Shown here one piece after another: positions 37,123-47,013 of a DNA stretch of 64,000 nt. Position numbers and translations under genes: made by a program. The notes below the pieces were generated by a model that saw nothing but the letters and a program-made list of their open reading frames with translations, was not told where the DNA came from and made no database searches. Source of the DNA: an uncultured delta proteobacterium (GTDB taxonomy: Bacteria > Desulfobacterota > Binatia > Binatales > Binataceae); contig CAVRVY010000003.1 of assembly GCA_963724765.1 (NCBI GenBank), positions 928,001-992,000 on the forward strand. Direction: 5' to 3'. How positions within the stretch are numbered: the first letter of the stretch is position 1; every line of letters begins with the position of its first letter.

Positions 37123-37374
37123 ATGGCTCAGGACGATCGCGCCGCCCTTATCGCTCAGGAGCACCTGATGATCCGCAGGCTGCGTTTTCTGGTCGATCTC
37201 ACCTTCGCGACCATCGCCCAGGATGACTCGATCACCCTCGACGAGGCCTGGGAGCACGTCCGCGCACTCAAAGGTGCAGCGGTCGCGATGTTCCCCGGCA
37301 AAGAGACGACTTTCGACCTCGTATACCTGCCGCGCTTCTCGCGCCTGCTCCAGGAGCGCTTCAACGCGAACTGA
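37123..37374 (+). CDS. Conserved small hypothetical protein
   Basis: RRLRFLVD...FPGKETTFDLVYLPRFSRLL. Confidence 0.7.
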   Translation: MAQDDRAALIAQEHLMIRRLRFLVDLTFATIAQDDSITLDEAWEHVRALKGAAVAMFPGKETTFDLVYLPRFSRLLQERFNAN

Positions 37375-37392
37375 GGCGCCACGGCCCCCACG

Positions 37393-38499
37393 ATGAAGCG
37401 GTTGCGCGGCTTGATCGCGCGGGCCGACGGCTCGACCCTTCCGGGCGTCGTCAGCTTCGGCGAGTCGATCGCGTCGGTCGAGGCCGGCGGGGGCGCCGAT
37501 GCGACCGATTACATCGTGCCTGGCTTCATCGATCTCCAGGTGAACGGCCGCGGCGCTATCGACGTGATGAACGCCACGGCCGGCGCGTTGCGCGATCTTT
37601 CCGCGGAGCTTGCGCGCGAGGGCACGACGGCGTGGCTTCCAACCGCTATCACTTCGCCGCTCACGCGAATCGAGGCGGTCGCCGCCACGATCGCAGAGGC
37701 GGTCGCGGAGGCAGCCGGCGCTCAAGGTGTAACCGGTGGAATCCTGGGGATGCATCTTGAGGGACCGTTCATCTCGGCGGCGCGGCTCGGCGCCCATCCG
37801 GCGCACAACCTCGCGCCTCGCGGCGAGGCGTTCGAGCGCGTCGCGGCGCTGCCCGCGTTGCGCATGATAACGCTCGCGCCCGAACTCGAGGGCGCGCTCG
37901 AGGCGGTGGCCACGCTGACCGCCCGCGGACTTGCGGTGTCGCTGGGCCATACCGACGCCTCGATGGAGCAGGCGCAGGCGGCGATTGCCGCGGGCGCGCG
38001 GATGTTCACCCATACGTTCAACGCGATGCCGCCGCTCAATCATCGGCATCCCGGTGCGGTGGCGGCGGCGATGTTGTCTTCGCGCGCCTGGGCCGCGGTG
38101 ATTGCCGACCGCGTCCACGTGCATCCCGCGATGCTGCGTCTGCTCTATCTTGCGCGTGGCGCGGGCGGAATCTGCCTTACCACCGACCGCGTAGCGACCA
38201 GCGCCATGGCCGGCGCTTCTCCGCTGGCGGCCGCCGCCGTCGCGGGCGGCGCGGCGCGGATGTCCGATGGACGCTTGGCGGGCAGCGTCATCTCGATGCT
38301 CGACGCAGTGCGCATCATGGTCAAAGAGGCCGGCGCGAGCGTCGGCGAGGCGGCGCTGATGGCGGCCACCAATCCCGCTCGCGTGCTGGGTCTCGGCGAG
38401 CGCGGCAGAATCGAGGCCGGTGCGATTGCCGATTTGCTCGTGCTCGGCCCCGGGCTAGAGTTGAAGGCGGTGTTCATCGGCGGCCGCGAGCTTGCCTGA
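37393..38499 (+). CDS. nagA: N-acetylglucosamine-6-phosphate deacetylase
   Basis: PGFIDLQVNG, HLEGPF, GAH, TLAPE, GHT, THTFNAM. Confidence 0.93.
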   Translation: MKRLRGLIARADGSTLPGVVSFGESIASVEAGGGADATDYIVPGFIDLQVNGRGAIDVMNATAGALRDLSAELAREGTTAWLPTAITSPLTRIEAVAATIAEAVAEAAGAQGVTGGILGMHLEGPFISAARLGAHPAHNLAPRGEAFERVAALPALRMITLAPELEGALEAVATLTARGLAVSLGHTDASMEQAQAAIAAGARMFTHTFNAMPPLNHRHPGAVAAAMLSSRAWAAVIADRVHVHPAMLRLLYLARGAGGICLTTDRVATSAMAGASPLAAAAVAGGAARMSDGRLAGSVISMLDAVRIMVKEAGASVGEAALMAATNPARVLGLGERGRIEAGAIADLLVLGPGLELKAVFIGGRELA

Positions 38500-38574
38500 C
38501 GGCGTTGCGGATCACCTCGTCGAAATTCTTTTTCGGAAATCGATTCGCACCAGGAATTGCGAGCGAGACTATCG

Positions 38575-39450
38575 ATGCCACTTAACAGAGAATTCATCGG
38601 CCGCGAGTATCCGGCCACCAGCGCGACGGTCACGCTCGAAGCGCTGCAGAAATATGCGCGCGCCTACAACAACGACAACCCGCGCTACTTCGAGCCGTCC
38701 GCGCAGGGCGGAATCGTCGCGCCGCCGATGTTCGGCGTGGCGGTCACCTGGATGTCCGTAGTCGGCGCGGTCAGCGACCCGGAGTTGGGCGCGGACCTCC
38801 TGCGCCTGCTGCACGCCGAACAGGACATGGAATTCCTGATTCCGCTTCGCCCCGGCGACGAGATAACCACCGTCGCCAAGGTCGCCTCGATCGAGGCACG
38901 GCTGGGCGGCGAGGCGATGACGCTCGAACTTGACTCGCGCAGCCGCGCAGGGGCGCCGGTGCTGCGTACGCTTTTTGGGATTTTTATCCGCGCGGCGCGC
39001 CGCGATCGGGGTGCCGCGGGACGCACCGAGCGGCCGGTGTCTCCCTCGGGCGATCCGATGCTTACCGTCGAGCAAACCATCGATGGCGACCAGACCTTCC
39101 GCTATGCCGAGGCCTCGGGCGACCTCAATCCGATCCACGTCGATGAAAACGTGGCGAAGATGGCAGGCTTGCCGGGCATCGTCGTGCACGGCCTGTGCAC
39201 GATGGCGTTCGCCTCCAAGGTCATGATCGACGGCCTGTGCGCCGGCGATCCCGCGCGCCTCAAGCGACTACGCGTGCAGTTCAGCCGCCCGGTTTTTCCC
39301 GGGCAATCCATCACGACCAGGGTCTGGGCGATCACGACCAAGGCATGGGCCGACGGCGAGCGCGCGGGCCGCAGCGCATACGCGTTTGAAACCTACAATC
39401 CCGAAGGGATGGCGGTGATCCGGGGCGGAATCGCCGAGGTCGCGCCCTAA
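38575..39450 (+). CDS. MaoC-type double hot-dog (R)-enoyl-CoA hydratase
   Basis: YAEASGDLNPIHVD, HGLCTM. Confidence 0.9.
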   Translation: MPLNREFIGREYPATSATVTLEALQKYARAYNNDNPRYFEPSAQGGIVAPPMFGVAVTWMSVVGAVSDPELGADLLRLLHAEQDMEFLIPLRPGDEITTVAKVASIEARLGGEAMTLELDSRSRAGAPVLRTLFGIFIRAARRDRGAAGRTERPVSPSGDPMLTVEQTIDGDQTFRYAEASGDLNPIHVDENVAKMAGLPGIVVHGLCTMAFASKVMIDGLCAGDPARLKRLRVQFSRPVFPGQSITTRVWAITTKAWADGERAGRSAYAFETYNPEGMAVIRGGIAEVAP

Positions 39451-39465
39451 CGCGCACCGTTCGCG

Positions 39466-40716
39466 ATGCCCCAACGCCTGAGCGTCGGTCTTTCGCTATC
39501 GCTGAGCGGCGCTTACGCCGCGATGGGCCGTCAGGCCGAAGCCGCGATCAAACTATTCGTCGACGACCTCAACGCGGCGGGCGGTGTGAACCTCGGCGGC
39601 CGCGCACACGAACTCGTGCTTCGATGCCACGACGATCGGAGCGACGCGCGACGCTGCGCCGAAATTTTTTCCGCGCTTTGCGGATCCGAACGCGTCGACC
39701 TGTTGCTCGGCCCGTACTCGAGCCGTCTCGCGCGCGCGGCGGCGCCGATCGCCGAAGCGGCCGGGATGATGATGCTCAATCACGGCGGTGCCGACGACGG
39801 CCTGTACACCAAGGGGATGCGGCTGATGGTCGGTGTGCTGAGCCCGGCGAGCGATTATCTCGTCGCGTTCGCCCGGCTGTTGGTCGAGCTCAAGTTCTGG
39901 CGCAAACGCCTCGCCATCGTCACCGCGGCCACGCCTTTTGCCAGCGACGTTGGCGCCGGCCTCGAGCGGGCCTGCCATGAGCGGCGTGCGCGCCGGCGCG
40001 GCGTGCGCGTGCGGGTCAAGTATCGGGGCGATTTCGCTCGCGCAGAGGCGCTCGCGCGATTGCTGCCCGCGCTCAAGCGCAACCGAGTCAACGCTCTTGC
40101 CGCCGCGGGCGGCTTCGCACAGGACGTTGCCCTGATGCGCGCGGTGGTCGCCTCCAATCTCAACATCCCGGTGCTCGGCTGCGTCGCCGCCGGCGTCCAT
40201 GGCTTCGCCGAAGAGTTGGGCGAGGACGCCGAGGGCATCGTCGGCCCCAGCCAATGGGAAGAGCAGGCGCAGATAGCCCCGGAACTCGGGCCACCGCCGG
40301 GCGAGTTCGCGCGCCGGATGCGCGCTGCCGGCTATCGCGAATGCGACTATCCCGCGGCGCAGGCTTACGCGGCCGGGCTTATCGGATGCGCCGCGATACG
40401 CGCATGCGATTCGCTCGACCAGCGCCGCCTGCGCGACGCGATCGGTGAGATGCGCACCAGCACGCTCTACGGCGACTTTGCCATCGATCGCGTAACAGGC
40501 CGCCAGATCGCGCATCAGATGTTACTCGTGCAGTGGCACATGGGCTGCAAGGCGATTATCGAACCGCAATCGCACGCCGAAACCGGTGCGATCGAATTTC
40601 CCTCCGGATGGCGTCTCATCGTCGCCTCGATGCGGGGCCTCAAATTAACTCTCGGCGGCGGCACGCGCGACGATAATGAAGCGCATCATGATGAGCATGA
40701 TGAGGAAGACGAATAA
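39466..40716 (+). CDS. Branched-chain amino acid-type periplasmic-binding-fold protein, no signal peptide
   Basis: SLSLSG.YA, NAAGG, DDRSD, LLGPYSS. Confidence 0.8.
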   Translation: MPQRLSVGLSLSLSGAYAAMGRQAEAAIKLFVDDLNAAGGVNLGGRAHELVLRCHDDRSDARRCAEIFSALCGSERVDLLLGPYSSRLARAAAPIAEAAGMMMLNHGGADDGLYTKGMRLMVGVLSPASDYLVAFARLLVELKFWRKRLAIVTAATPFASDVGAGLERACHERRARRRGVRVRVKYRGDFARAEALARLLPALKRNRVNALAAAGGFAQDVALMRAVVASNLNIPVLGCVAAGVHGFAEELGEDAEGIVGPSQWEEQAQIAPELGPPPGEFARRMRAAGYRECDYPAAQAYAAGLIGCAAIRACDSLDQRRLRDAIGEMRTSTLYGDFAIDRVTGRQIAHQMLLVQWHMGCKAIIEPQSHAETGAIEFPSGWRLIVASMRGLKLTLGGGTRDDNEAHHDEHDEEDE

Positions 40717-40895
40717 TCATGTGCACAAGCGTCGCGTGAGTATTGAACAAACCGTGCGATGACCTGCCTTTCAGCCTTGTGAAATGAGAGTTATAACGCG
40801 ACGGTCCGGACAGTCGCGGCCATAGTCCTTCAATAGTCCTTCGGAAGTATCACACCAGAGACGGCACCACCGGTCTTGCGCGAGATCCGGCGCCC

Positions 40896-42182
40896 TCAGA
40901 TCGTCCGCGAGTCCTCGGGCGGCGGAACGCCTGCTTTCGCCGCCGACTCCAGCGCGGCGGCGCGGAAAATCCCGTGCGCCATCGTCGAGGTCGATTCGAC
41001 GGCACGCGCCGTGTAGATGCGCATCCGGGCCTCGTGCGCCGCGCGATTATCGGGCGCTGCGGCAACCGCCCAGTCGATAAGATGCGCCGCGAGCGCGAGG
41101 TCGCCCTCCGCCATCTTCTGTAGCGCGCGGCCTACCAGCACGTCGGCGCCACCCGCCATCGCGGCTATCTCGGCAGCTTGCGCGTGATGCGGGGCGGGCT
41201 TCAGATGCGACGCGATACCGTCGTACCATCCGCCGTCGAGCCGCCACACGTTGCGCACGATGAACTCCGGCTCGTCGTAGACCGGTTGCAGGTATGGCTT
41301 CTCGGCGAGCGCCACCGGCGGCTTCACGCTATGCACGATGTCGTCGAGTGACGCGCCCTCGTTCATCATTTTCAATGTCTGGTCGTAGAGGCTTTGCAGA
41401 TATTCCGCCGTGTCGTTGAGCACCTGGCGCACGCGGATCGACCCGAACACGGGAATCCCGTGGCCCGGCAGCAGCACCTCCGCCCCGGTCTTGGCCATCG
41501 CACGCAAGGCCTCGGCCCATTCGCGCGCGTAGCGCTGCGCCTTTTGCGGATTGCCGGCGTTGGGCGCGGCCCAGATCACGAAATCGCCGGTCAGCAGCAC
41601 CTTGCGGCTGGGAATGAAGACCCAGCAATGATCGTCGGTCTCGCCGCGCGCGTGATGACATTCGAAGCGCCAGGTCCCAGCCACCACGTTGAATTGATGG
41701 TCGAAGTAGGTGTCGGGATAGACAAATTCTTCGGGCCATTGTGCCGGCATGCCGAACTGTCGCGAATTGACGATGCTGTTGTAGCCCGCGGTACGCTTGT
41801 AACGATCGAACCGCGCGGCGGTCGCGCGATGGCCCACGACGCGCGGGCGCGCACGACGATGCTGCTGCGCCTCGGCGGCGAACGCCGTCATCCCCCCGGC
41901 GTGGTCGACGTGGCCGTGGGTGTAGATCGCGGTGTTGACGCGCTCCTGCGACCATCGGCGGACCATCGCAACCGTCTCGGCCTGGTTGTAATGCCCGCCG
42001 GTGTCGACCAGCACGAGGCCGTCCTCGGTTTTGATCGCGGTCAAGTTCGCGAACCATCGCCAGAACATCACGCCTGCGGCGACCTCCTCCGACTCGCCGG
42101 TCGGGATCAACGGATGGCGCTCGTGAATCGAAAGCTCGCCGCTTAAAAGTTTCTCTGACTCTTCCTTAAATCCCATCTTCAT
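40896..42182 (-). CDS. Alkyl sulfatase-like metallo-beta-lactamase
   Basis: THGHVDH, GETDDH, PNAGNPQK, LLPGHG, dimerisation domain. Confidence 0.88.
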   Translation of the reverse strand: MKMGFKEESEKLLSGELSIHERHPLIPTGESEEVAAGVMFWRWFANLTAIKTEDGLVLVDTGGHYNQAETVAMVRRWSQERVNTAIYTHGHVDHAGGMTAFAAEAQQHRRARPRVVGHRATAARFDRYKRTAGYNSIVNSRQFGMPAQWPEEFVYPDTYFDHQFNVVAGTWRFECHHARGETDDHCWVFIPSRKVLLTGDFVIWAAPNAGNPQKAQRYAREWAEALRAMAKTGAEVLLPGHGIPVFGSIRVRQVLNDTAEYLQSLYDQTLKMMNEGASLDDIVHSVKPPVALAEKPYLQPVYDEPEFIVRNVWRLDGGWYDGIASHLKPAPHHAQAAEIAAMAGGADVLVGRALQKMAEGDLALAAHLIDWAVAAAPDNRAAHEARMRIYTARAVESTSTMAHGIFRAAALESAAKAGVPPPEDSRTI

Positions 42183-42256
42183 ACGCTCCGCGCGGATTAT
42201 CGGCTCGCCGCGCCGCGCGCCGCAACTGTTGACACGCCGCGGCAGCCGCGATTCAC

Positions 42257-42290
42257 GCGGGTACGTCACTTAAGCGGGTACGTCGCTTAA
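42257..42290. repeat. 17-bp tandem repeat x2 in divergent promoter region
   Basis: GCGGGTACGTC(A/G)CTTAA twice. Confidence 0.8.
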
Positions 42291-42375
42291 AATGATGAGT
42301 TGCGGATCGCGCGAATAAAAAGTAAGATTTTTCAGGGTTTTTCCTGCCGCGCGGCGGCATCACGGACAGACAATA

Positions 42376-43098
42376 TTGTTCACAGGTATCATCGAGGACC
42401 TCGGCACCGTTGAGGGGATCAAGCGCACCGTCAAGGGCGCGGTGGTGAGCCTCGGCACTGCGCTGCCGCTTACGCGTATCTCGATCGGCGACTCGATCGC
42501 GGTCAACGGCGCATGTCTCACCGTGGTCAGAAAACGAGGCGGCAACCGTCGCGGCACTATAGCGGGCATCATCTCAATGGACGTCTCGGCCGAGACGCTG
42601 CGGCGCACGACCCTGGGCGGGCTGGCCATGGGCGATCGGGTCAACCTCGAGCGCTGCCTCACGCTGGACAAACTGCTCGGCGGACATCTGGTTTCGGGCC
42701 ACGTCGACGGCGTCGGCAAGATCGTCGCGATCACGCCCGAGGGCGACTCGAAGCTCTACACGTTTGAAGTTCCGCCGGCGCAGGTACGTTACCTGGTCGA
42801 GAAGGGCTCGGTCGCGATCGACGGCGTGAGCTTGACCGTGTTTGCGATTACCGGCCGGCGCTTCAGCGTCGCGCTGATTCCTCATACGCTCAAGCTGACC
42901 ACGCTGGGGCGCAAGGGGCCCGGCGCGGCGGTAAATGTCGAGAGCGACATGCTGGTCAAGTACGTCGAGCGAATTCTCGCGGGGCGGACCAACGGCGCCA
43001 CGCGCCGGGCCGCCGGTACGGCGATTGTCGATAGCGCGATCGTGAACAAGACCGCCGGCGCAGCACTCCGCGCCCGTGGCCGGGGAGTATTGTCATGA
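42376..43098 (+). CDS. ribE: Riboflavin synthase alpha chain
   Basis: MFTGII, GDSIAVNGACLT, GGHLVSGHVD, KGSVAIDGVSLT. Confidence 0.95.
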   Translation: MFTGIIEDLGTVEGIKRTVKGAVVSLGTALPLTRISIGDSIAVNGACLTVVRKRGGNRRGTIAGIISMDVSAETLRRTTLGGLAMGDRVNLERCLTLDKLLGGHLVSGHVDGVGKIVAITPEGDSKLYTFEVPPAQVRYLVEKGSVAIDGVSLTVFAITGRRFSVALIPHTLKLTTLGRKGPGAAVNVESDMLVKYVERILAGRTNGATRRAAGTAIVDSAIVNKTAGAALRARGRGVLS

Positions 43099-43574
43099 GC
43101 CTGATGCAGATACCGCGCAAGATCGAGTACGCGCTGAGGGCCATGATCCATCTCGCCGACCATCCCGAAGGCGTGGCGCGCGGCACCGAGATCGCGCGCG
43201 ACGAGCAGATTCCCAAGTACTATCTGGAGAAGGTGATCCGCGACCTGATGCATCGCGGGCTGGTGCGCGCGCGGCGCGGTCCGGGCGGCGGCTATCAGCT
43301 CGCGCGCCCTGCCGATGAGGTCACGTTCAAGGACGTGATCGAGGCGGTCGAGGGGCCGATCACACTCAATGTATGCGTCGACGGCTCGAGCTCGTGCGCT
43401 TTGCAGCCGACCTGCCGAATGTTCCGCGTGTGGGAGGAGGGACAGCGCGTGTTGCTCGAGATTTTCTCGCAAACCACGCTCAAAGAGATCGCCGCTTCGC
43501 GTCCCGCACCGATGCGCCTGGCAAGGGTCCCGCTCGCTGCCGCCGACAAGGAAGCCGCGGCCGCCAAGGCCTGA
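43095..43574 (+). CDS. Rrf2-family regulator with 3 Cys (IscR-like)
   Basis: YALRAM, RGPGGGYQLAR, C..C..C. Confidence 0.9.
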   Translation: MSLMQIPRKIEYALRAMIHLADHPEGVARGTEIARDEQIPKYYLEKVIRDLMHRGLVRARRGPGGGYQLARPADEVTFKDVIEAVEGPITLNVCVDGSSSCALQPTCRMFRVWEEGQRVLLEIFSQTTLKEIAASRPAPMRLARVPLAAADKEAAAAKA

Positions 43575-43631
43575 CGGCAGCGGCCACGGCCCTCGGCACC
43601 TCGCACCGCCATCGGCGATACCACCATCTAA

Positions 43632-44819
43632 TTGACCGCCGGGAAAGAATTGATGAACGAACCTCCCGACGAGTCGGCCGCGGGCGGCGTCGGCGCCGCG
43701 CTGTTCGACGAGAAGTCCTTCTACCTCGAAGAGTTTTACGGCAAGAGCCTGCTGTTCGCGCTGATTCCGCCCGGCGGCGAGCGCCTGGGCGAACTCGACT
43801 CGCTGGTGCGCACCCTGCGCGAGCTGCGGCGCAACCAGGCGCGATGCATCGTGATCGTCTCGGCCGACGCGCTCGCCCGGATCATGCGCCGGCTCGGCCG
43901 GCTCGCGCCAAGGGCCGAGCCCCCGGTCTTCAATCCCGGTGCCGGCCTGCGCTCGCGTCCCTACCCGCCCGACTCGGCGGTGGCGCGAATCTGGCGCGCG
44001 CTCAGCGCGGGATCGATCGTCGTGGCAGTGGCCGATACCAACAAGCCGTCCGATTTCACCGTCTTCGCCCAGGAGCTGGCGAGCCGCTTGCGCGTCTTCA
44101 AGCTGATTCTGCTCGACCGCCAGGGCGGCCTGACCGGCAGCGGCGGTGAGCGGATGTCGTTCGTCGAGGTTGGCCGGATCGCAAGTGCGGTGCGCAAGGA
44201 GCGTACCGCGCGAAGACGCACTGAGTTGCGGGCCGTCGCCCGCGCCCTTCGCGACGGGGTCGGATCGGTAAACCTGGTCGCGCCGCGTGAGGTTTACGAC
44301 GAGCTGTTCAGTTTCATCGGCACCGGTACGCTTTTCACCGAGCGCCAGTACGGCTTCGTGCGGCCGATTTCGATCGACGACTTCGAGGAAGTCGAGGCGC
44401 TCATCCTGCGCGGCCAACGCGAGGGCCATCTGCTGGCGCGCTCGCGCGAGGAAATCGCGCAATTGCTGCCGTCATGCTTCGGCTACCGTGTCGGTGACGA
44501 GCATCTGGCCGGCGTCTGCTCGCTGCTCACCGAGCGGTACCATCGTGAGCGCGCCGGCGAAATAACCGCGCTCTACACGCTGACGCGCTTTGCCGGCGAG
44601 GGCGTCGCGGTCGAGCTGGTCAAACAGATCCTGAACGAGGCGCGCGAGCGCCCGCTGCGCTACGTCTTCGCCTGCACTGCGGAGGAGCGGGCGGCGAAAT
44701 TTTTCGTCCGCCTCGGATTTCGCCGGGTCGGTCCGCGCGACATCCCGCCGGCCAAATGGCGCGGCTACGATCGGGCGCGGATGTCGCGGCTGGAGATTTT
44801 CCGCTTCGACCTTGGCTGA
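43632..44819 (+). CDS. ArgA-like amino-acid N-acetyltransferase (degenerate AAK + GNAT)
   Basis: ELFSFIGTGTLF, LLARSREEI, GNAT motif GEGVAVELV. Confidence 0.75.
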   Translation: MTAGKELMNEPPDESAAGGVGAALFDEKSFYLEEFYGKSLLFALIPPGGERLGELDSLVRTLRELRRNQARCIVIVSADALARIMRRLGRLAPRAEPPVFNPGAGLRSRPYPPDSAVARIWRALSAGSIVVAVADTNKPSDFTVFAQELASRLRVFKLILLDRQGGLTGSGGERMSFVEVGRIASAVRKERTARRRTELRAVARALRDGVGSVNLVAPREVYDELFSFIGTGTLFTERQYGFVRPISIDDFEEVEALILRGQREGHLLARSREEIAQLLPSCFGYRVGDEHLAGVCSLLTERYHRERAGEITALYTLTRFAGEGVAVELVKQILNEARERPLRYVFACTAEERAAKFFVRLGFRRVGPRDIPPAKWRGYDRARMSRLEIFRFDLG

Positions 44820-44833
44820 ATCGCCGCTGCACC

Positions 44834-46408
44834 ATGAATTCTCCCCCTCTCACCAGCGGTGCGAGCGTATCCGCGACGCCGAGCGGCACGGCGCTTACGC
44901 GATGGCGCCTGGCCGCGATTGCGGTCGTGCTCGCCACCGCCGTGCTGATGCTCCATCGTCTCGGCGCGGCCGAGGTTTGCGGCGCCAACGAGGCTATCGA
45001 GGGAGTCTTCGTCCAGCAGATGGTCGAGCACGGCGTGCTGCTCTTTCCGCTGGAGAACGGCAGCGCGCCGATGTACAAGCCGCCGCTGTTTCATTGGACC
45101 GCGGCCGCGCTCGACCGCGTCGGCCGCGTGAGCAGGGTGACCGCGTTCAACCTGCGGCTGCCGTCGGCGCTTTACGCGATTGCGGGCGTGGCGCTCACGA
45201 TCGCATTCGCATGGGTGCCGCTCGGCGAGGGCGGCGCGCTACTCGCGGGAATGATTCTGGCCGCCTCGTACCAGTACGTGAGCGAAGGACGGGTCGGCCG
45301 GGTCGATATGACGCTCGCTTTTTTCGAGACGCTCGCGATGATGAGTTGTTTGTGGATGCTGCCTGCGGCGTCCGCTGTTCCTGCTGCTTGCACTGAAAGA
45401 GCGACGGCTCGCGAGGTGTCGTTACGCTATCTGTTCGCGCTCGCGCTCGGCCTCGGCGTGCTGGCCAAGGGGCCGGTGGCGATAATTCTGCCGCTGGGCG
45501 CGATCGGACTGTTCCTGCTTCGCGAGCGGCGGCTCGGCGAATTGCGCGACATTTTCACGCCGGGGAGCCTGTTCGTCGCGATCGTGGTGAGCCTCGGATG
45601 GTACGTCGCGTGCGCGATGGGCCGGCGCTACGGATTCCTCGGACGCCAGCTCGAAAGCGAAAACTTCGGCCGCTTCTTCGGCGCGCTGGGTTTCATGGCG
45701 CCGTGGTACTACTTGAAACCGATCCTGTTGAACTCGGTGCCGCTCAGCCTGATGGTCCCGTTCGCCGCCGCAGCGGCGCTCCGCCATCCGTCCGACACGA
45801 CGCGGGCCGCTTCGAGCGTCGAGACGCGCCAGCAACGCGCGCGCTTCGACGCCCGGATGCTGGCGACGTTCTGGCTGCTGACGGTCATCTTCTTCACCGT
45901 CGCTGCCTACAAGCGGCGCGCCTACCTGCTGCCGCTATGGCCGTCCTCGGCGTTCCTGCTGGCCTGGGGTGCGAACGAGCTTGCGCAGCGCAACCGATGG
46001 GGTCGTGTCGCGCGGAGCGCACTGGCTGCGCTCTGCGCCGGGCTGATGGCGTTCAATATTGTCTATCTGCCCCGCCGCGAGGCTGCCGGATGCGTCGGCG
46101 GGTCGTTTCAGGCCGCGGCGTCGCAGATCGATCGCGCAGTCGGAAGCGACGAGCCGCTCTATCTCTATGGCTTCGGTGACGATCCGGCGCCGCTGCTCTT
46201 TTACCTCGATCGCAACGCCCCCCAGGTCGAGGGCAAACTTGGCGACGCGCCGCCGGGATACGTGGTTGTGCCCGAGAGCGTGTGGCGTGAGCACGAGAGC
46301 GAGGCGCTCGATTTAAAGCCGGTGCTGAATGTCGAGGCCGGCGGCGACAAGCTGTTGCTACTGCGCCGGGGCGGCGCGATCGGGATGACGGAGAACGGCC
46401 TTCTTTGA
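44834..46408 (+). CDS. ArnT/GT39-83 family glycosyltransferase
   Basis: YKPPLFHW, RLPSA, VDM, LAKGPV, KRRAYLLPL. Confidence 0.88.
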   Translation: MNSPPLTSGASVSATPSGTALTRWRLAAIAVVLATAVLMLHRLGAAEVCGANEAIEGVFVQQMVEHGVLLFPLENGSAPMYKPPLFHWTAAALDRVGRVSRVTAFNLRLPSALYAIAGVALTIAFAWVPLGEGGALLAGMILAASYQYVSEGRVGRVDMTLAFFETLAMMSCLWMLPAASAVPAACTERATAREVSLRYLFALALGLGVLAKGPVAIILPLGAIGLFLLRERRLGELRDIFTPGSLFVAIVVSLGWYVACAMGRRYGFLGRQLESENFGRFFGALGFMAPWYYLKPILLNSVPLSLMVPFAAAAALRHPSDTTRAASSVETRQQRARFDARMLATFWLLTVIFFTVAAYKRRAYLLPLWPSSAFLLAWGANELAQRNRWGRVARSALAALCAGLMAFNIVYLPRREAAGCVGGSFQAAASQIDRAVGSDEPLYLYGFGDDPAPLLFYLDRNAPQVEGKLGDAPPGYVVVPESVWREHESEALDLKPVLNVEAGGDKLLLLRRGGAIGMTENGLL

Positions 46409-46448
46409 GATAGGATCGATTCACTTTCGGTAAGCGGGGAGCGACGTC

Positions 46449-47012
46449 ATGGATAAGATGCATTTCACCCGGATGGACCAGGGCAGCGACGAGGATTTCC
46501 AAATCCTCAAGCGGGTCCATGAGACAACCCTCGCCAATCTGCCGGATCGCCTGATCGCGATGGTGAACGACCTCTCGACCGATTCGGCCTATAACCTCAA
46601 CCGCCGCGGTCACAGCCTGCAAGCCGCCACGCGCGCGATGCGTGACGGTGCCGATGAGGAGTTGATTGTCGTTGCCTTGTTGCATGATATCGGTGAATCG
46701 CTCGGCCCGATGAATCATGGCGAGATCGCGGCTTCAATCCTCCGTCCCTTCATTTCCTCCGACCACTACAATCTGCTCAAGTATCACGGCCTCTTTCAGA
46801 CCTATTTCTACGCCCGCCACCTCGGGCTCGATCCCAATGCGCGCGACCAGTTCAAGCACGAGCCGTGGTATCAGCTCACCGTGGATTTCTGCGCGAAGTA
46901 TGACGAGATTTCCTTCGATCCGGCCTATCGCAACGAGCCGATCAGCACGTTCGCCCCGATGGTGCATCGGGTGCTGAACAAGCCGTGGCTTCCGCCGGGA
47001 AAAGCGGACTGA
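46449..47012 (+). CDS. HD-domain protein (PhnZ/MIOX-like)
   Basis: HSLQAATRA, LLHDIG, NHG, HG.FQ, YD.ISFDP. Confidence 0.85.
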   Translation: MDKMHFTRMDQGSDEDFQILKRVHETTLANLPDRLIAMVNDLSTDSAYNLNRRGHSLQAATRAMRDGADEELIVVALLHDIGESLGPMNHGEIAASILRPFISSDHYNLLKYHGLFQTYFYARHLGLDPNARDQFKHEPWYQLTVDFCAKYDEISFDPAYRNEPISTFAPMVHRVLNKPWLPPGKAD

Positions 47013-47013
47013 G

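Noticed and set aside
42182-42375. FMN riboswitch upstream of riboflavin synthase
   Set aside because: No RFN consensus (AGGGCGGGG..AATTCCC.ACCGGCGG) visible
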